IMG/VR virus record: IMGVR_UViG_3300044632_001278
Length of the DNA: 64,000 nucleotides
Source: a virus
Reading direction: 5' to 3' (one strand)
Shown here: piece after piece, positions 29,504-40,749 of the stretch
Position numbering within the stretch: position 1 is the first letter of the stretch
Layout of the letters: every line of letters starts with the position of its first letter
Program-made: the position numbers and the translations under genes
Notes under the pieces: generated by a model
Told to the model about the DNA's origin: nothing
Databases searched by the model: none
What the model saw: the letters and a program-made list of their open reading frames with translations, nothing else

Positions 29504-30202
29504 ATGATCAAATTTTTTAAAACTCAAGACGTATTAGTTACTAGATTTACTGTTTCTAAAGAAAAGACGTTTAATAACGTTTTAAATAATCTTTTATCTG
29601 GTACAGACGACACAGATGATAGTGTATTTCCAATACAACTATCCTATTTTTCTTGTGACAATAATAAATCTGGAAGTTGTGAAGGTGTTTATTTTGATGA
29701 TATATATTTAGCGATGACTCAATTTGAAGAAGCTTCCCAGATAGATTTTTCAGTGGGTAAATATGTAAATTCCAGTTCTGTTTTCTATCCATCTTCAAAT
29801 GCTAAATGGAATCCTGTTGTCAATCCTGTAAATGTTAATGGTACGTATAAAGGTCAGGTTTATAATACCGTAGATAAGATGTATTATAACGACTATAATA
29901 ACAGTTATAATATCTTTGGATTTGATGATTACGACAATCAAAGAACTAAACTAGATTTGACAAATGATTTTTCTTTATATAAATTGTCTGTTTCTCAGAC
30001 AGGCGATGGCATAAAAAGAAATTCTGTGGTAATATACAATCAATCCGGCGATATAGTTTCAAATATAGAAGATGACGGAAATCACAACTTAATACTAGGC
30101 GGTACTTATTACATTAATAGTTATGAATTTACGACTGGGAGTAAAGATACTGTAGAAAACCGTGGTACTTATGGTTTGGGTTATTATTTATTGAATACAT
30201 AG
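29504..30202 (+). CDS. Hypothetical structural protein
   Basis: GDGIKRNSV...DDGNHNL; TATTTATA upstream. Confidence 0.6.
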   Translation: MIKFFKTQDVLVTRFTVSKEKTFNNVLNNLLSGTDDTDDSVFPIQLSYFSCDNNKSGSCEGVYFDDIYLAMTQFEEASQIDFSVGKYVNSSSVFYPSSNAKWNPVVNPVNVNGTYKGQVYNTVDKMYYNDYNNSYNIFGFDDYDNQRTKLDLTNDFSLYKLSVSQTGDGIKRNSVVIYNQSGDIVSNIEDDGNHNLILGGTYYINSYEFTTGSKDTVENRGTYGLGYYLLNT

Positions 30203-30203
30203 T

Positions 30204-32780
30204 ATGAGTTTAATTAACATATATAACGAAAGATATGGTACCTCTGTTGCTACGAATGGTAACATAATAGCAATAGGAAATCCACCAACTAAAAATTGGC
30301 AATATGCGGAAGGATTTTCTCGTAGAGGACAAATATTTTTGATTCGTAAAAATCAGTTTCAATCAAATTATGAAGTAATAAAAACTTTGTTTAATGAAAA
30401 TGAAAATTTACTAACACCATATTACACCGAACAAAGTAGCAGTACAGTTAATACAAGTTCTTTAATTGCTAATAGTGGTAGTTTGCCAAATACAGATGCA
30501 TCTTGTAGTTATTTAACAATTGAAAACTCCACAAAGTTTGTTTATCAAAGCAAATACGGCGAAGCACTTGATGTATGTGATTATTTTCTAGCAGCAAGCG
30601 ATGTTTCTTTTACACAGAGTATAGACAACAGAAACTTTTTTACTCAAAACCAAGTAAACATATACGAAATAGATCCCAACTATGTATATGAAAGTGGAAG
30701 CATCCAGTCAAAATCCACAGAATATACAAAAGAATCTACAAGTACATACGAAATAAGTTCAACGCCTATCGCTTATTTAACATCGTCAAGCAATATACAG
30801 TTTGGTAAATCAGTCAGTATATCAAATAATTATTTAGCGGTTGGTGCTCCAGGTTATAATAACGGCCGAGGATGTGTTTATGTTTTTAAGAATGTAAACA
30901 ACAGTTATAATTTGGTACAAAAACTAAGCAGCAGTGTTGTATCTGATCCATATCAATCTTCATTTGGATTTAGTGTTTGTATAGACAAATATGCTGAAGA
31001 TAAATTGGTGGTCGGATGTAATCAAGTGTCAGCTAGTAAAGTGTTTTTATTCACATCTGGATCAGGTGGATGGAGAATTTCACAAAGGTTTCAAAACATA
31101 ACAGGATCTGAATACTTAAAGTTGGAAGGATTTGAATTTGATTTATATCCTTCAGGAAGTTTATCTGCTGCACAGAAAAATAACAGATTCGGATATTCTG
31201 TATCTTTACATAAAAACGTATTAGCAATAGGATCACCAAATGATCTTTTATACTACGAATATTCAGGATCTAATGTTTTAAGACAAAGAGGTGCAACTTA
31301 TATTTACGAAAATGGTTTGTGTCCAACAGGATCAAATCAATATTTGTTTATTAAAAAGATTTATGGTGATGAAATAACCTTCAAAGATAATATGATGGGT
31401 TATTCAGTTTCTACACACAATAATAAAGTATTGATTGGATCTCCCAAACCATATTTTCCATTCAGTTCTCTTTATATATCTAGCTCAATCAAATACTATG
31501 ATAAGTTTTATGATGTAAATGATTACGGTGAATCAAGTTATTGTGGACAATGTTTGTATTATAATGTAAGTAATTCAATCGTAACTCAAATTACTACAGA
31601 TCCAATTGCTAAAAGAAAAGAGTACAATAAACCATTTAGTGCTTTTGGATACTCCGTTGCTTTATCAGATCCTAATTTAGTGGTGGGGTCTCCTATTCCA
31701 CTAAATGAAGATTTGTATTTAAGTGTTCCTTTAATAACTGAGTCTGGAAGTTATGATGATCCTAGTTATGTAAATACATCTTCATTCAGCCCAGAAAATT
31801 GCACTGAAACATCCGATGTTGTATATTTTCAAATAGAGGATACAGTATATGGAAGTGGCAGTGTCGTTACAAAAATTGCACTACAAATGGAATCTGATTC
31901 ATATTCAGACATCGTTGGTAAAGCTTATATTTATGACAGCTTAGATTTGAAAACAAATTATCCTGTAGGCAATATATTTTATAACAATAATAGTTTGGTA
32001 ATTAACAATACAGGTAGCGTTTTGAATTTGTTGACAAGAGATCCTATAGATCCAGATTATTCATCGTTGTATATGGATTATAAGACACTCATAACCACTT
32101 ACGAAAAACAATATGTGTGTACTATATTGCCAGGAGAGTTTAATATATCAACGAATCCAACTGCTACAACTTCATCGCTTATAAATTATTGTGTAATTAA
32201 TAAGAGCAATTTTAACTTTGAAAATTTGGATATAATTTTAAGATATATAAACTACAAAAATGTGTCACCAGGTTCTGAAAAATGGTATTTAAATATGATT
32301 TCAAATGACGTTGAACAAAATATTTTTGGATTTTATACATCATCATATTTAAACTATAATACCAATTTGTTAACTCCTGAATTGAAAAACATATTGGCTG
32401 AGAAAAATCTAGACGTTGATAACGATGGAAAAGTAGACATTTACGATGGTAAAATGATGTGGAAATATTTCATCAATAAGTTGAATTTCACAAACTACAA
32501 GTCTTTTTTGAATACACTAAGCAATCGTAATAATTACGACGACATTATTAGATTTTTAGATAATCAAACAGGCAAGTCAATTAAAAATTACGTAAAACAA
32601 GACTTTTTCAAGTATCAATATAGTTCTTCTATAGATCCAACTGGATCTTATTTGGCACCGTACATAACAACTGTGGGATTGTATAGTGGATGTGATTTGG
32701 TTGCGGTTGCTAAATTGGCACAACCAATTAAAAATACTGGGGAAATTCCAATAAATATTTCTGTTAAATGGGACACTTAA
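30204..32780 (+). CDS. FG-GAP-repeat beta-propeller virion protein with an EF-hand/dockerin-like loop
   Basis: Repeats FGKSVSI...LAVGAP and FGYSVSL...LAIGSP; DVDNDGKVDIYD; C-terminal YITTVGLY...VAVAKLAQP. Confidence 0.75.
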   Translation: MSLINIYNERYGTSVATNGNIIAIGNPPTKNWQYAEGFSRRGQIFLIRKNQFQSNYEVIKTLFNENENLLTPYYTEQSSSTVNTSSLIANSGSLPNTDASCSYLTIENSTKFVYQSKYGEALDVCDYFLAASDVSFTQSIDNRNFFTQNQVNIYEIDPNYVYESGSIQSKSTEYTKESTSTYEISSTPIAYLTSSSNIQFGKSVSISNNYLAVGAPGYNNGRGCVYVFKNVNNSYNLVQKLSSSVVSDPYQSSFGFSVCIDKYAEDKLVVGCNQVSASKVFLFTSGSGGWRISQRFQNITGSEYLKLEGFEFDLYPSGSLSAAQKNNRFGYSVSLHKNVLAIGSPNDLLYYEYSGSNVLRQRGATYIYENGLCPTGSNQYLFIKKIYGDEITFKDNMMGYSVSTHNNKVLIGSPKPYFPFSSLYISSSIKYYDKFYDVNDYGESSYCGQCLYYNVSNSIVTQITTDPIAKRKEYNKPFSAFGYSVALSDPNLVVGSPIPLNEDLYLSVPLITESGSYDDPSYVNTSSFSPENCTETSDVVYFQIEDTVYGSGSVVTKIALQMESDSYSDIVGKAYIYDSLDLKTNYPVGNIFYNNNSLVINNTGSVLNLLTRDPIDPDYSSLYMDYKTLITTYEKQYVCTILPGEFNISTNPTATTSSLINYCVINKSNFNFENLDIILRYINYKNVSPGSEKWYLNMISNDVEQNIFGFYTSSYLNYNTNLLTPELKNILAEKNLDVDNDGKVDIYDGKMMWKYFINKLNFTNYKSFLNTLSNRNNYDDIIRFLDNQTGKSIKNYVKQDFFKYQYSSSIDPTGSYLAPYITTVGLYSGCDLVAVAKLAQPIKNTGEIPINISVKWDT

Positions 32781-32809
32781 TTATATTTATTATAAAATAG
32801 AACAAACAT

Positions 32810-33118
32810 ATGGCAACATCACCAGACGCAAAAGTAATAGACCGTGAATCATTAAAGACAAGCTTAGAAGCTAGATTTCTAGCCAAACAAAAAGCTGGCG
32901 GTGCGTTTAATGCATATAAAGCTACAAGATTTATACCTGGAGGTACTATGTTAGATGGACTACAAGGAGAAATGGGTTATTCACAAAAATCTCGCAAATA
33001 TACAGTTAATCCAGGATTTCTTACATCAATCGACAATCAAGAAGCAAATTTTAATACAGAAGCGTTGAATTACTCCGACACTTTGCCAGGATTTAATACG
33101 AAACGATATTTTCGTTGA
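32810..33118 (+). CDS. Hypothetical protein (102 aa)
   Basis: ORF with TATTTATT upstream. Confidence 0.65.
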   Translation: MATSPDAKVIDRESLKTSLEARFLAKQKAGGAFNAYKATRFIPGGTMLDGLQGEMGYSQKSRKYTVNPGFLTSIDNQEANFNTEALNYSDTLPGFNTKRYFR

Positions 33119-33130
33119 TATGTATTTTAA

Positions 33131-33643
33131 ATGGTTATATTAGGTTTAGATTCATCCACATCAGTTACAGGTTGGGCGTTTAGTAGAGACGGAAAAGTCT
33201 TGGACGCTGGTTATATTGACACAAAAAAACTCGAAACTACTAAAGAAAAAACCTTTTTTGTTATATCAGAATTGGAAAAAAATCCTTTAATCAAAGATGT
33301 CGCTACTATTAACTTAGAAGCCGCTTTAAGCGGATTTGCGGGTGGATTTACCAGTCAACAAGTCATCATTACATTAGCCAGACATAATGCTGTCTTTGCA
33401 TATATTATTGAAGAACACTTCAAGGTCAAGGTAGAGTTATTATCAGTTAACACTATGCGCAAACAGTTGTTTGGCAAATGTAGAATTAAAGGTGTAAAAT
33501 CCAAAGATTTTGTAAAATCAGAATTAGAATCACTTTGTCCAGATGTAGTTAAGTTTGCGGTTCTTAATAAAAAAGGTAATTGGGACGAAAGAAACGGTGA
33601 TATGTACGATGGTATAGTCTGCTCATTATATAAAAAGTTGTGA
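33131..33643 (+). CDS. RuvC-like Holliday junction resolvase
   Basis: ILGLDSSTSVTGW, a central E, and C-terminal DMYDGIV (RNase H-fold acidic residues). Confidence 0.8.
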   Translation: MVILGLDSSTSVTGWAFSRDGKVLDAGYIDTKKLETTKEKTFFVISELEKNPLIKDVATINLEAALSGFAGGFTSQQVIITLARHNAVFAYIIEEHFKVKVELLSVNTMRKQLFGKCRIKGVKSKDFVKSELESLCPDVVKFAVLNKKGNWDERNGDMYDGIVCSLYKKL

Positions 33644-33656
33644 TTTCAAATTTAGG

Positions 33657-33665
33657 TGTTATACT
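33657..33665 (+). promoter_or_regulatory. Extended -10 promoter (TGTTATACT) 7 nt before the primase ATG
   Basis: TGn-TATACT; spacing implies a leaderless transcript. Confidence 0.5.
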
Positions 33666-33672
33666 AATCTAA

Positions 33673-34584
33673 ATGACTGTAGTTGACACATTATCAAGAT
33701 TATTTAAGCAAAAAATTCACATCCAAAAAGGCGGTGAAGAAATTCTTGTTTTTTGTCCCAGTTGCAGTCATCACAAACGTAAGTTAAACATCAATACAAA
33801 AACTGGATTTTACCAATGTTGGGTATGTGGGTTTAGTGGCAAAAGTTTTCATAGTCTATTAAAAAAGATAAAGGCTCCTAAAGAATATTATGACATTCTG
33901 TGTAAAGATGGACCCAAACGAACCAATGTTGTAGTAAAAGAAGAAAAAAAGATATTAAGTTTGCCTGAAGAGTTTAAACCTTTGTGTAAACCAAATAATG
34001 ATATTGAGTATAAACACGCATTGAGTTACTGTTTAAACCGTAATATATCTACTTTAGATATAGTTAGATATAACATTGGGTATTGTACCAGTGGAAATTT
34101 TATCAATAGAATCATTGTGCCGTCATATGATTGTCAAGGAAAGCTCAACTTTTACTGTGGTAGATCGTTTTACGACGGATATCTTAAATATAGATTGTGT
34201 GATGGTAGCAAAGATATTATAGGATTTGAACTATATACAGATTTTAATCAACCAGTAACTTTGGTAGAAGGTGTGTTTGATGCTATGTCTGTAAAGTATA
34301 ATGTTATTCCTTTGTTTGGCAAAACTTTATCTAAATCACTCAAACTAAAATTGGTAGAAAACAAACCACCCAGAGTAAATGTTTTGTTGGACAACGATGC
34401 ATTGGCATCAAGTTTGAAAATTTGTGAATTTTTAATTGCAAATGATATAACTACATATTTGGTAAGACTTGACGGCAAAGATCCAAATGAATTGGGTCAT
34501 AAAAAAACTTGGCAAACCATAGATAGTTGTGTTAGAATGGATGAAAGCTTGTTGTATAAGTTAAAATTAACAGTTAAATTATGA
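33673..34584 (+). CDS. DNA primase (Zn finger plus TOPRIM)
   Basis: CPSC...CWVC; RIIVP; VEGVFDA; LDND; KDPNE. Confidence 0.9.
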   Translation: MTVVDTLSRLFKQKIHIQKGGEEILVFCPSCSHHKRKLNINTKTGFYQCWVCGFSGKSFHSLLKKIKAPKEYYDILCKDGPKRTNVVVKEEKKILSLPEEFKPLCKPNNDIEYKHALSYCLNRNISTLDIVRYNIGYCTSGNFINRIIVPSYDCQGKLNFYCGRSFYDGYLKYRLCDGSKDIIGFELYTDFNQPVTLVEGVFDAMSVKYNVIPLFGKTLSKSLKLKLVENKPPRVNVLLDNDALASSLKICEFLIANDITTYLVRLDGKDPNELGHKKTWQTIDSCVRMDESLLYKLKLTVKL

Positions 34585-37500
34585 TTGTATTAAAAAATAC
34601 AGATAAAAAAATTAATTCGGTGGTGCATATTGCGGATATTCATATTCGTTTAACAAAACGTCATGACGAATATACTTTGGTTTTTGAAAAGCTTTATAAA
34701 GCCCTTGATAAAGCAAAAACACTGGATGCTATCTTGGTTATAGCCGGTGATTTGTTTCATAATAAATCCGATTTAAGTCCTGAATGTGTTAAAATTGGAA
34801 GTGATTTTCTAAAAAATTGCGCAGATAGAGTTCCTGTTATTTTAACGGCTGGCAATCACGATGCTACATTGGCTAATAAATCTAGATTAGATTGTATTAC
34901 ACCAATTGTGGATGCTTTGAATCACCCTAATCTATTTTATCTCAGAAATACAGATGTTTATAGATATGAAAATATTTTGTTTAATAACTTTAGTGTTTTT
35001 GATTGGGATGTCCCTGAAAAATACATTAAGTACGAAAATATCCCATCGAAATATCGTGATGAAACAGACCATCACATTGCTTTGTTTCACGGACCAGTAT
35101 ATAATGCTGTTACTGATGTTGGGTACACTGTTAGTAGCCGATCTGTAACCAATGAAACTTTTGATGGACATCACATTGCTATGCTTGGTGATATTCACAA
35201 ACATCAAATTCTACAAGAATATGATGACAATGAATCTTTGCCAGTTGTTGTATATGCGGGATCGATGATTCAACAAAACCACGGTGAGGAGCTTAAAGGC
35301 CACGGTTTCATTATGTGGGACTTGAAACGTAAATTATTCAAACACTACGAACTAGTAAATGAATATGGGTATTATACGGTGGAAGTTGACAAGGGTCAGT
35401 TGATTACGGATATTTCTAACATCCCAAAGAAATCCACACTACGTGTTATCTGTCGTGAGTCCATTCCTTCACAAGTAAAGGAGATTTTAAATGACATCAA
35501 AACCAAATCTACGTTAATCGAAACCACCTATGTTCGTGCCGACGATGTATCAAAAGATACAATTTTGAACTCTGGAAAAGTGTTTGATGTACATAACATT
35601 TTTGATGTTGACTACCAAAACAAATTGGTAGAAGACACATTGTTATCAAAAAATGTAGATAAGAATCTAATAGAAATGGTCAAGGATCTAAATAAGACCA
35701 TTAATAAAGAAATACCAAAAGATAAAGCTCCAAAGAATATTCGTTGGAAACCAAAGAAATTTGAATTCGACAATATGTTTAGTTATGGCGAAGGCAATAT
35801 AATAGATTTTGCTAAACTAAACGGCACTATCGGACTTTTTGCACCAAATGCTAGTGGTAAATCAAGCATTATGGATGCGCTTGCATTCTGTGTTTTTGAT
35901 AAGTTCAGTAAGGGTTACAAAGCATCACACGTGCTTAATACTCAAAAAATGAGCTTTCGTTGTAAGTTTAATTTTGAGGTAAATGGAGTTGATTATTTTA
36001 TTGAGCGTGAAGGTAAAGCAGACAAGAAAGGCAATGTCAAAGTTGAAGTCAAATTCTACAAAAAAGAAAATGACAAAGAAGTTCCATTGAACGGAGAAGC
36101 TCGTAGAAGCACAAACGATATTATTCGCGACTACGTTGGTACATATGAAGATTTTATTCTTACTGTTTTAAGTGTACAAAACAGTAAAGCTGGGTCTTTT
36201 ATTGATCTTGGACAGACTGAGAGAAAAGATTTATTGTGTCAGTTTATGGGATTGGATGTATTTGATCAATTATATACTATCGCAAATGATAAGTTTAAAG
36301 AAACAAATACTTTATTAAAGAATATAAGTAAAGATCAACTTATTCAAGAGTTGGAAACTGTATCTGGCAGTATAGACTATACTAATTCCAAGATTCAAGA
36401 GTTTAACGAAGAAGTAAAAAATCAAGAATTGTTAAAGGATTCTTATAACAATCTCTTATTAGAATTATCCAATAAAATTACTAAGACTGTAAGTTTTGAT
36501 TTTGATATTGTTAAATTGGAAAGTAACAAAATTGAACTTGAAGGTCAGATTAATGAAACCAATCTTAATATTAAACTTCAAAAAGATAAACTAATTGATG
36601 TAGAAACAAATATTACCAATCTGTCTTCATCCATATCAGACTGCGAAAATATTGATCGTGATTATGATCTTTATAAAGTTGCCAAACAAAATTTTGATAA
36701 CAAGACCAATGAATTAAATAATCTTAAGCTTGTTGTGAAAAATAAAATGGACAAATTGAAAAAGTTGGAAGATCACAAATATGATCCTAACTGTTCATAT
36801 TGCGTAAACAATGTATTCGTAAAAGATGCAATAAAAGTCAAAGCTGAATTGGAGAATGATAAAATCAAAAGCAAGGTTATTGTAGATGAGTATAATACAA
36901 TAAAGTCATCTTTGGAGAGTTATGGCGACATTGAAACAAAATTCAAACGTTGTCAAAAAGTAAATAACGATAAAGTTGCTTTTGAAAAAAGCAAGAGTGT
37001 TATTTCAAATACCATTCTTAAGTTGGAAAATGATCTTATTAAGATTCAAACCAAACTTAAGACTGTAACAGATAACATTTCAACTTTTTATACAAATAAA
37101 GATATTATTGAGAATAATAACAAGTTGATGTCTGACATCAACACTCAGAAAGATTTGATTAAATCTATCGACGTTAATATTAAATCTATTAATTCCAAGC
37201 TTTTTTCCTCATTAACTGAAAAAGGAAAGTTAGAAGTTCAGTATAAAACTGTTACTGAACAATTGCAAAAGGTAAAAGAATTAGAGTCGAGTTATGAAGC
37301 TTACAAACATTATACAAATGTAGTTAGCCGTGATGGAATTCCATATGAAATTATAACCAAGACTCTTCCTGAGATTGAAAAGGAAGTTAATAATATTCTT
37401 CAACAGTTAGTAGATTTTACAGTTACTCTTCAAACTGATGGAAAAAACATTATGACCAATATCGTTTACGAAGACAAACGTTGGCCACTTGAAATGGCAA

Positions 37501-37772
37501 GTGGAATGGAAAAATTCGTAAGTGGACTTGCTATCAGAGTTTCGTTGATTAATATTAGTAATCTACCAAGACCAAATATTATTTGTATTGATGAAGGATT
37601 TGGTTGTGCTGATAGTGATCATTTGGGTCAAATGGGAGCTTTGTTTAATTATTTGAAACATCAATTTGATTTTATCTGGGTGATCAGTCATTTGGATCAA
37701 ATGCGTGATATGGTTGATAACCAAGTGGAAATAAAAAAAGAGAATGGCTTTAGTAAGGTAGTATATATTTAA
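34581..37772 (+). CDS. Fused Mre11/SbcD nuclease and Rad50/SbcC ATPase (gp47-gp46 fusion)
   Basis: DIH, GDLFH, GNHD, GDIH phosphoesterase motifs, then APNASGKSS Walker A, CSYC hook, ASGME signature, IDEGFG Walker B and ISH, all in one ORF. Confidence 0.92.
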   Translation: MIVLKNTDKKINSVVHIADIHIRLTKRHDEYTLVFEKLYKALDKAKTLDAILVIAGDLFHNKSDLSPECVKIGSDFLKNCADRVPVILTAGNHDATLANKSRLDCITPIVDALNHPNLFYLRNTDVYRYENILFNNFSVFDWDVPEKYIKYENIPSKYRDETDHHIALFHGPVYNAVTDVGYTVSSRSVTNETFDGHHIAMLGDIHKHQILQEYDDNESLPVVVYAGSMIQQNHGEELKGHGFIMWDLKRKLFKHYELVNEYGYYTVEVDKGQLITDISNIPKKSTLRVICRESIPSQVKEILNDIKTKSTLIETTYVRADDVSKDTILNSGKVFDVHNIFDVDYQNKLVEDTLLSKNVDKNLIEMVKDLNKTINKEIPKDKAPKNIRWKPKKFEFDNMFSYGEGNIIDFAKLNGTIGLFAPNASGKSSIMDALAFCVFDKFSKGYKASHVLNTQKMSFRCKFNFEVNGVDYFIEREGKADKKGNVKVEVKFYKKENDKEVPLNGEARRSTNDIIRDYVGTYEDFILTVLSVQNSKAGSFIDLGQTERKDLLCQFMGLDVFDQLYTIANDKFKETNTLLKNISKDQLIQELETVSGSIDYTNSKIQEFNEEVKNQELLKDSYNNLLLELSNKITKTVSFDFDIVKLESNKIELEGQINETNLNIKLQKDKLIDVETNITNLSSSISDCENIDRDYDLYKVAKQNFDNKTNELNNLKLVVKNKMDKLKKLEDHKYDPNCSYCVNNVFVKDAIKVKAELENDKIKSKVIVDEYNTIKSSLESYGDIETKFKRCQKVNNDKVAFEKSKSVISNTILKLENDLIKIQTKLKTVTDNISTFYTNKDIIENNNKLMSDINTQKDLIKSIDVNIKSINSKLFSSLTEKGKLEVQYKTVTEQLQKVKELESSYEAYKHYTNVVSRDGIPYEIITKTLPEIEKEVNNILQQLVDFTVTLQTDGKNIMTNIVYEDKRWPLEMASGMEKFVSGLAIRVSLINISNLPRPNIICIDEGFGCADSDHLGQMGALFNYLKHQFDFIWVISHLDQMRDMVDNQVEIKKENGFSKVVYI

Positions 37773-37773
37773 T

Positions 37774-38733
37774 ATGCCTATTATCGACGATATCTATTTG
37801 GAAAAGTTTGGAAAATTAACAATTATTATTACGGATGAAGGTGTGTTTAAAACCATCAATGATTCATCGGTTAATTATGAGTTTATAATAACAATACGAA
37901 GTTTAGATTCCAATCTTATTTCACATATTATGTATCACCACTGTACAGTGGGGCATGATATGTGGACCTATAATTATAACATTTTTTATATAAAAGAAAT
38001 TTTAAATAAAAATCATCCTGGCATTTGCATAGAAATACACGATGTAGACAATACATTATTATTCAGTAAAAATTATCACGGTACTAAAAAATTTAGATGT
38101 TTGGATTTAAAATCTAAACAAGGTGATACAACCTATCCATCTTACCATACATTTTTCTACGATGATTATTTTACATCAAATTTTAATATCAAAGATGGAG
38201 ATGTTGTTTATGATCTGGGAGCTAATATTGGTGCGTTTTCTATTGCGTGTTCTAATTTTGATATCAAACAAATATATGCATTTGAACCACATCCAGAACT
38301 CTCACAGTATCTTAACGATAATTTGAACAGATATGGTAAAAACACAAAAGTGTTTAATAATGCGATTTCAAGTGAATTTAAAAAAGTAAGATTTGGTACC
38401 ACAGAATCTACAGTTGCTTCCAGAATTAGAAACGAAGGTGAATTTGAAGTTGATGCTATTAATTTAGAAAAGTTTGTAATAGATAATAATTTGGAATTGC
38501 CAACTTATTTAAAAATTGATATAGAAGGAGCTGAATATGAGTTTTTTGAAAATACAAGTGACAATTTCTTCAAAAATGTTAGAAGTATATTCTTTGAATT
38601 TCATTGCAATGACGGCGTAAATCTACTTAAAATAATTGATAGATTTAAGAATTTAGGATACAAGTTAAGTCACAAAGATAATGCCTTGGATCATAATCTA
38701 TCACATATGAACACCGTATACTTAAATAAGTAA
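37774..38733 (+). CDS. FkbM-family SAM-dependent methyltransferase
   Basis: VVYDLGANIGAF, AFEP, LKIDIEGAE and EFH motifs. Confidence 0.92.
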   Translation: MPIIDDIYLEKFGKLTIIITDEGVFKTINDSSVNYEFIITIRSLDSNLISHIMYHHCTVGHDMWTYNYNIFYIKEILNKNHPGICIEIHDVDNTLLFSKNYHGTKKFRCLDLKSKQGDTTYPSYHTFFYDDYFTSNFNIKDGDVVYDLGANIGAFSIACSNFDIKQIYAFEPHPELSQYLNDNLNRYGKNTKVFNNAISSEFKKVRFGTTESTVASRIRNEGEFEVDAINLEKFVIDNNLELPTYLKIDIEGAEYEFFENTSDNFFKNVRSIFFEFHCNDGVNLLKIIDRFKNLGYKLSHKDNALDHNLSHMNTVYLNK

Positions 38734-38736
38734 ATT

Positions 38737-40749
38737 ATGAAAAAAATATTGTTTATAGCTCCACATCTTTCTACTGGAGGACTACCTCAATTTTTATTGA
38801 AAAAAATACAATCGTTAATTAATGATTATGAAATATATTGTGTAGAATATGATGATATTACTGGTGGAGTTTTAGTTGTTCAAAGAAAGCAGCTTCAGAA
38901 AATTTGCGGTAAGAGGTTTTACACATTATCATCAAATAAATTTGAGTTACTAAAGTTAGTTGACAATATAAAACCTGACATTATTCATTTGGAGGAAATG
39001 CCAGAATACTTTATGGATGTTAACTTGGCTACTAAACTCTATAATAAAGACCGAGAATATCTAATTGTGGAAACTTCGCACGATAGTAGTTTTGATCCAA
39101 GAAGAAAGCGTGTTTTTCCAGATAAATTTACATTCGTAAGTAATTATCAGAAACAAAACGTCGAATCTTTAGGCATAAATACTACAGTTATTGAATATCC
39201 AATTTCTGTGAAGTGTAGAAAAGATAGATCTGAAGGATTGAAATTTTTGGGATTGGATGAAAGTAAAAAACACGTATTACACGTTGGATTGTTTACTCCT
39301 AGAAAAAACCAAAAAGAATTTATAGAATATGCTCGTGCAATGGAAAAAGAACATATTCAATTTCATTGTCTGGGTAATATGGCTGATAACTTCAAAAATT
39401 ATTGGCAACCTCTGTTGGATAATTTACCGAGTAATGTAAAAGTTTGGGGTGAACGCAAAGATGTAGAAAACTTCTACAGTTGTATGGATTTGTTTTTGTT
39501 CACTAGCAGAGGTCACGCAACTGATAAAGAGACAGCACCTATTGTAATTAAAGAGGCTATATCTTATAATATACCATCTCTATTGTACAATTTGCCTGTT
39601 TACCTTGATAGATACAAGGTATTTGAAAATATCAAGTATCTAGACGAAACCAATTTTAATCGTAATGTTAAACTCATAAAGAATCAATTGGGGATGATTT
39701 CAGATTCTGAAATAGAGATTGTTAATATAAAGAAAACTGCAAATAAAAACACGGTGGTTATCATATCAACACATCCCAATTTTAAAGCTGTAGAAGACAC
39801 AACTTTGGAATCAATTAATCAAGCTAAAAAAGCTGGTTATAAAGTGTTGTTGTCATCTCATTATCCTGCTAGTGTTGATTTGCAAAAAGCGGCTGATCAT
39901 TATGTATATGACTCAAACAATCCAATTTTAAAACATAATTTCTATAATAGATGGACATACAACACAGATAATACCAAGATCAATTTATTTTTTCCACCTT
40001 CCGATTGTGATAATTATCACGGTCTTGCTGTATTATTAAACTATTACAATGGCATATCATTGGCAAATAAAATCGGATACAAAAATGCAATTTGCTTCAA
40101 TTATGATATGGTCATTTCAGAATCAGATTTTTCAAAGTTATACGATGTAGATGAAATTCTAATTAATAAGAAAGCATTTTTCTTTTATGATAAGGCCTTA
40201 GAAGGTGACACATTCAAAACAGTATTTCACGGAATTAATACTCAATTTTTCTTGGATAATTTTGATTACTATACGCCAGAAGAATATATGGAATTTGTTA
40301 CCAAGAAAAATATATCAAATGGATTGGAACAATTCTATTATAATAAACTAATATCTAATAAGAGCGATCTTCATATAGATTATACAAACAACGAAGAATC
40401 TTATTTAAGCAATAGTAAAAATAATTTATTCTCAATGGTAGAATATCTATCGGTTCTGAGGATGAAGAATATAAATAAGTTTGGAGTATTAACATACATC
40501 AATAATAAATTAGATGGTCGTATAAATGAGATAATAATAAAAAAGAACGGAGAGGTAGTTAACAATTATTCTTACACGGTATCAGAAAAGGTTTGTTTTT
40601 ATTTAGCAAACGAGTTTGAAAACAATAATTTCTATGAAATTGAAAATAATCTATATGATCAAAATAAAATTTTATTGAGAAGTTATAAAAAGTCATTTAG
40701 AAGATTGGAAGACATAGATATTAACGGTTCTATTGATATTACACAATGA
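38737..40749 (+). CDS. GT-B (GT4-like) glycosyltransferase with an additional C-terminal domain
   Basis: PHLSTGGLPQ, VGLFTPRKNQ, DLFLFTS...ETAPIVIKEA. Confidence 0.85.
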   Translation: MKKILFIAPHLSTGGLPQFLLKKIQSLINDYEIYCVEYDDITGGVLVVQRKQLQKICGKRFYTLSSNKFELLKLVDNIKPDIIHLEEMPEYFMDVNLATKLYNKDREYLIVETSHDSSFDPRRKRVFPDKFTFVSNYQKQNVESLGINTTVIEYPISVKCRKDRSEGLKFLGLDESKKHVLHVGLFTPRKNQKEFIEYARAMEKEHIQFHCLGNMADNFKNYWQPLLDNLPSNVKVWGERKDVENFYSCMDLFLFTSRGHATDKETAPIVIKEAISYNIPSLLYNLPVYLDRYKVFENIKYLDETNFNRNVKLIKNQLGMISDSEIEIVNIKKTANKNTVVIISTHPNFKAVEDTTLESINQAKKAGYKVLLSSHYPASVDLQKAADHYVYDSNNPILKHNFYNRWTYNTDNTKINLFFPPSDCDNYHGLAVLLNYYNGISLANKIGYKNAICFNYDMVISESDFSKLYDVDEILINKKAFFFYDKALEGDTFKTVFHGINTQFFLDNFDYYTPEEYMEFVTKKNISNGLEQFYYNKLISNKSDLHIDYTNNEESYLSNSKNNLFSMVEYLSVLRMKNINKFGVLTYINNKLDGRINEIIIKKNGEVVNNYSYTVSEKVCFYLANEFENNNFYEIENNLYDQNKILLRSYKKSFRRLEDIDINGSIDITQ

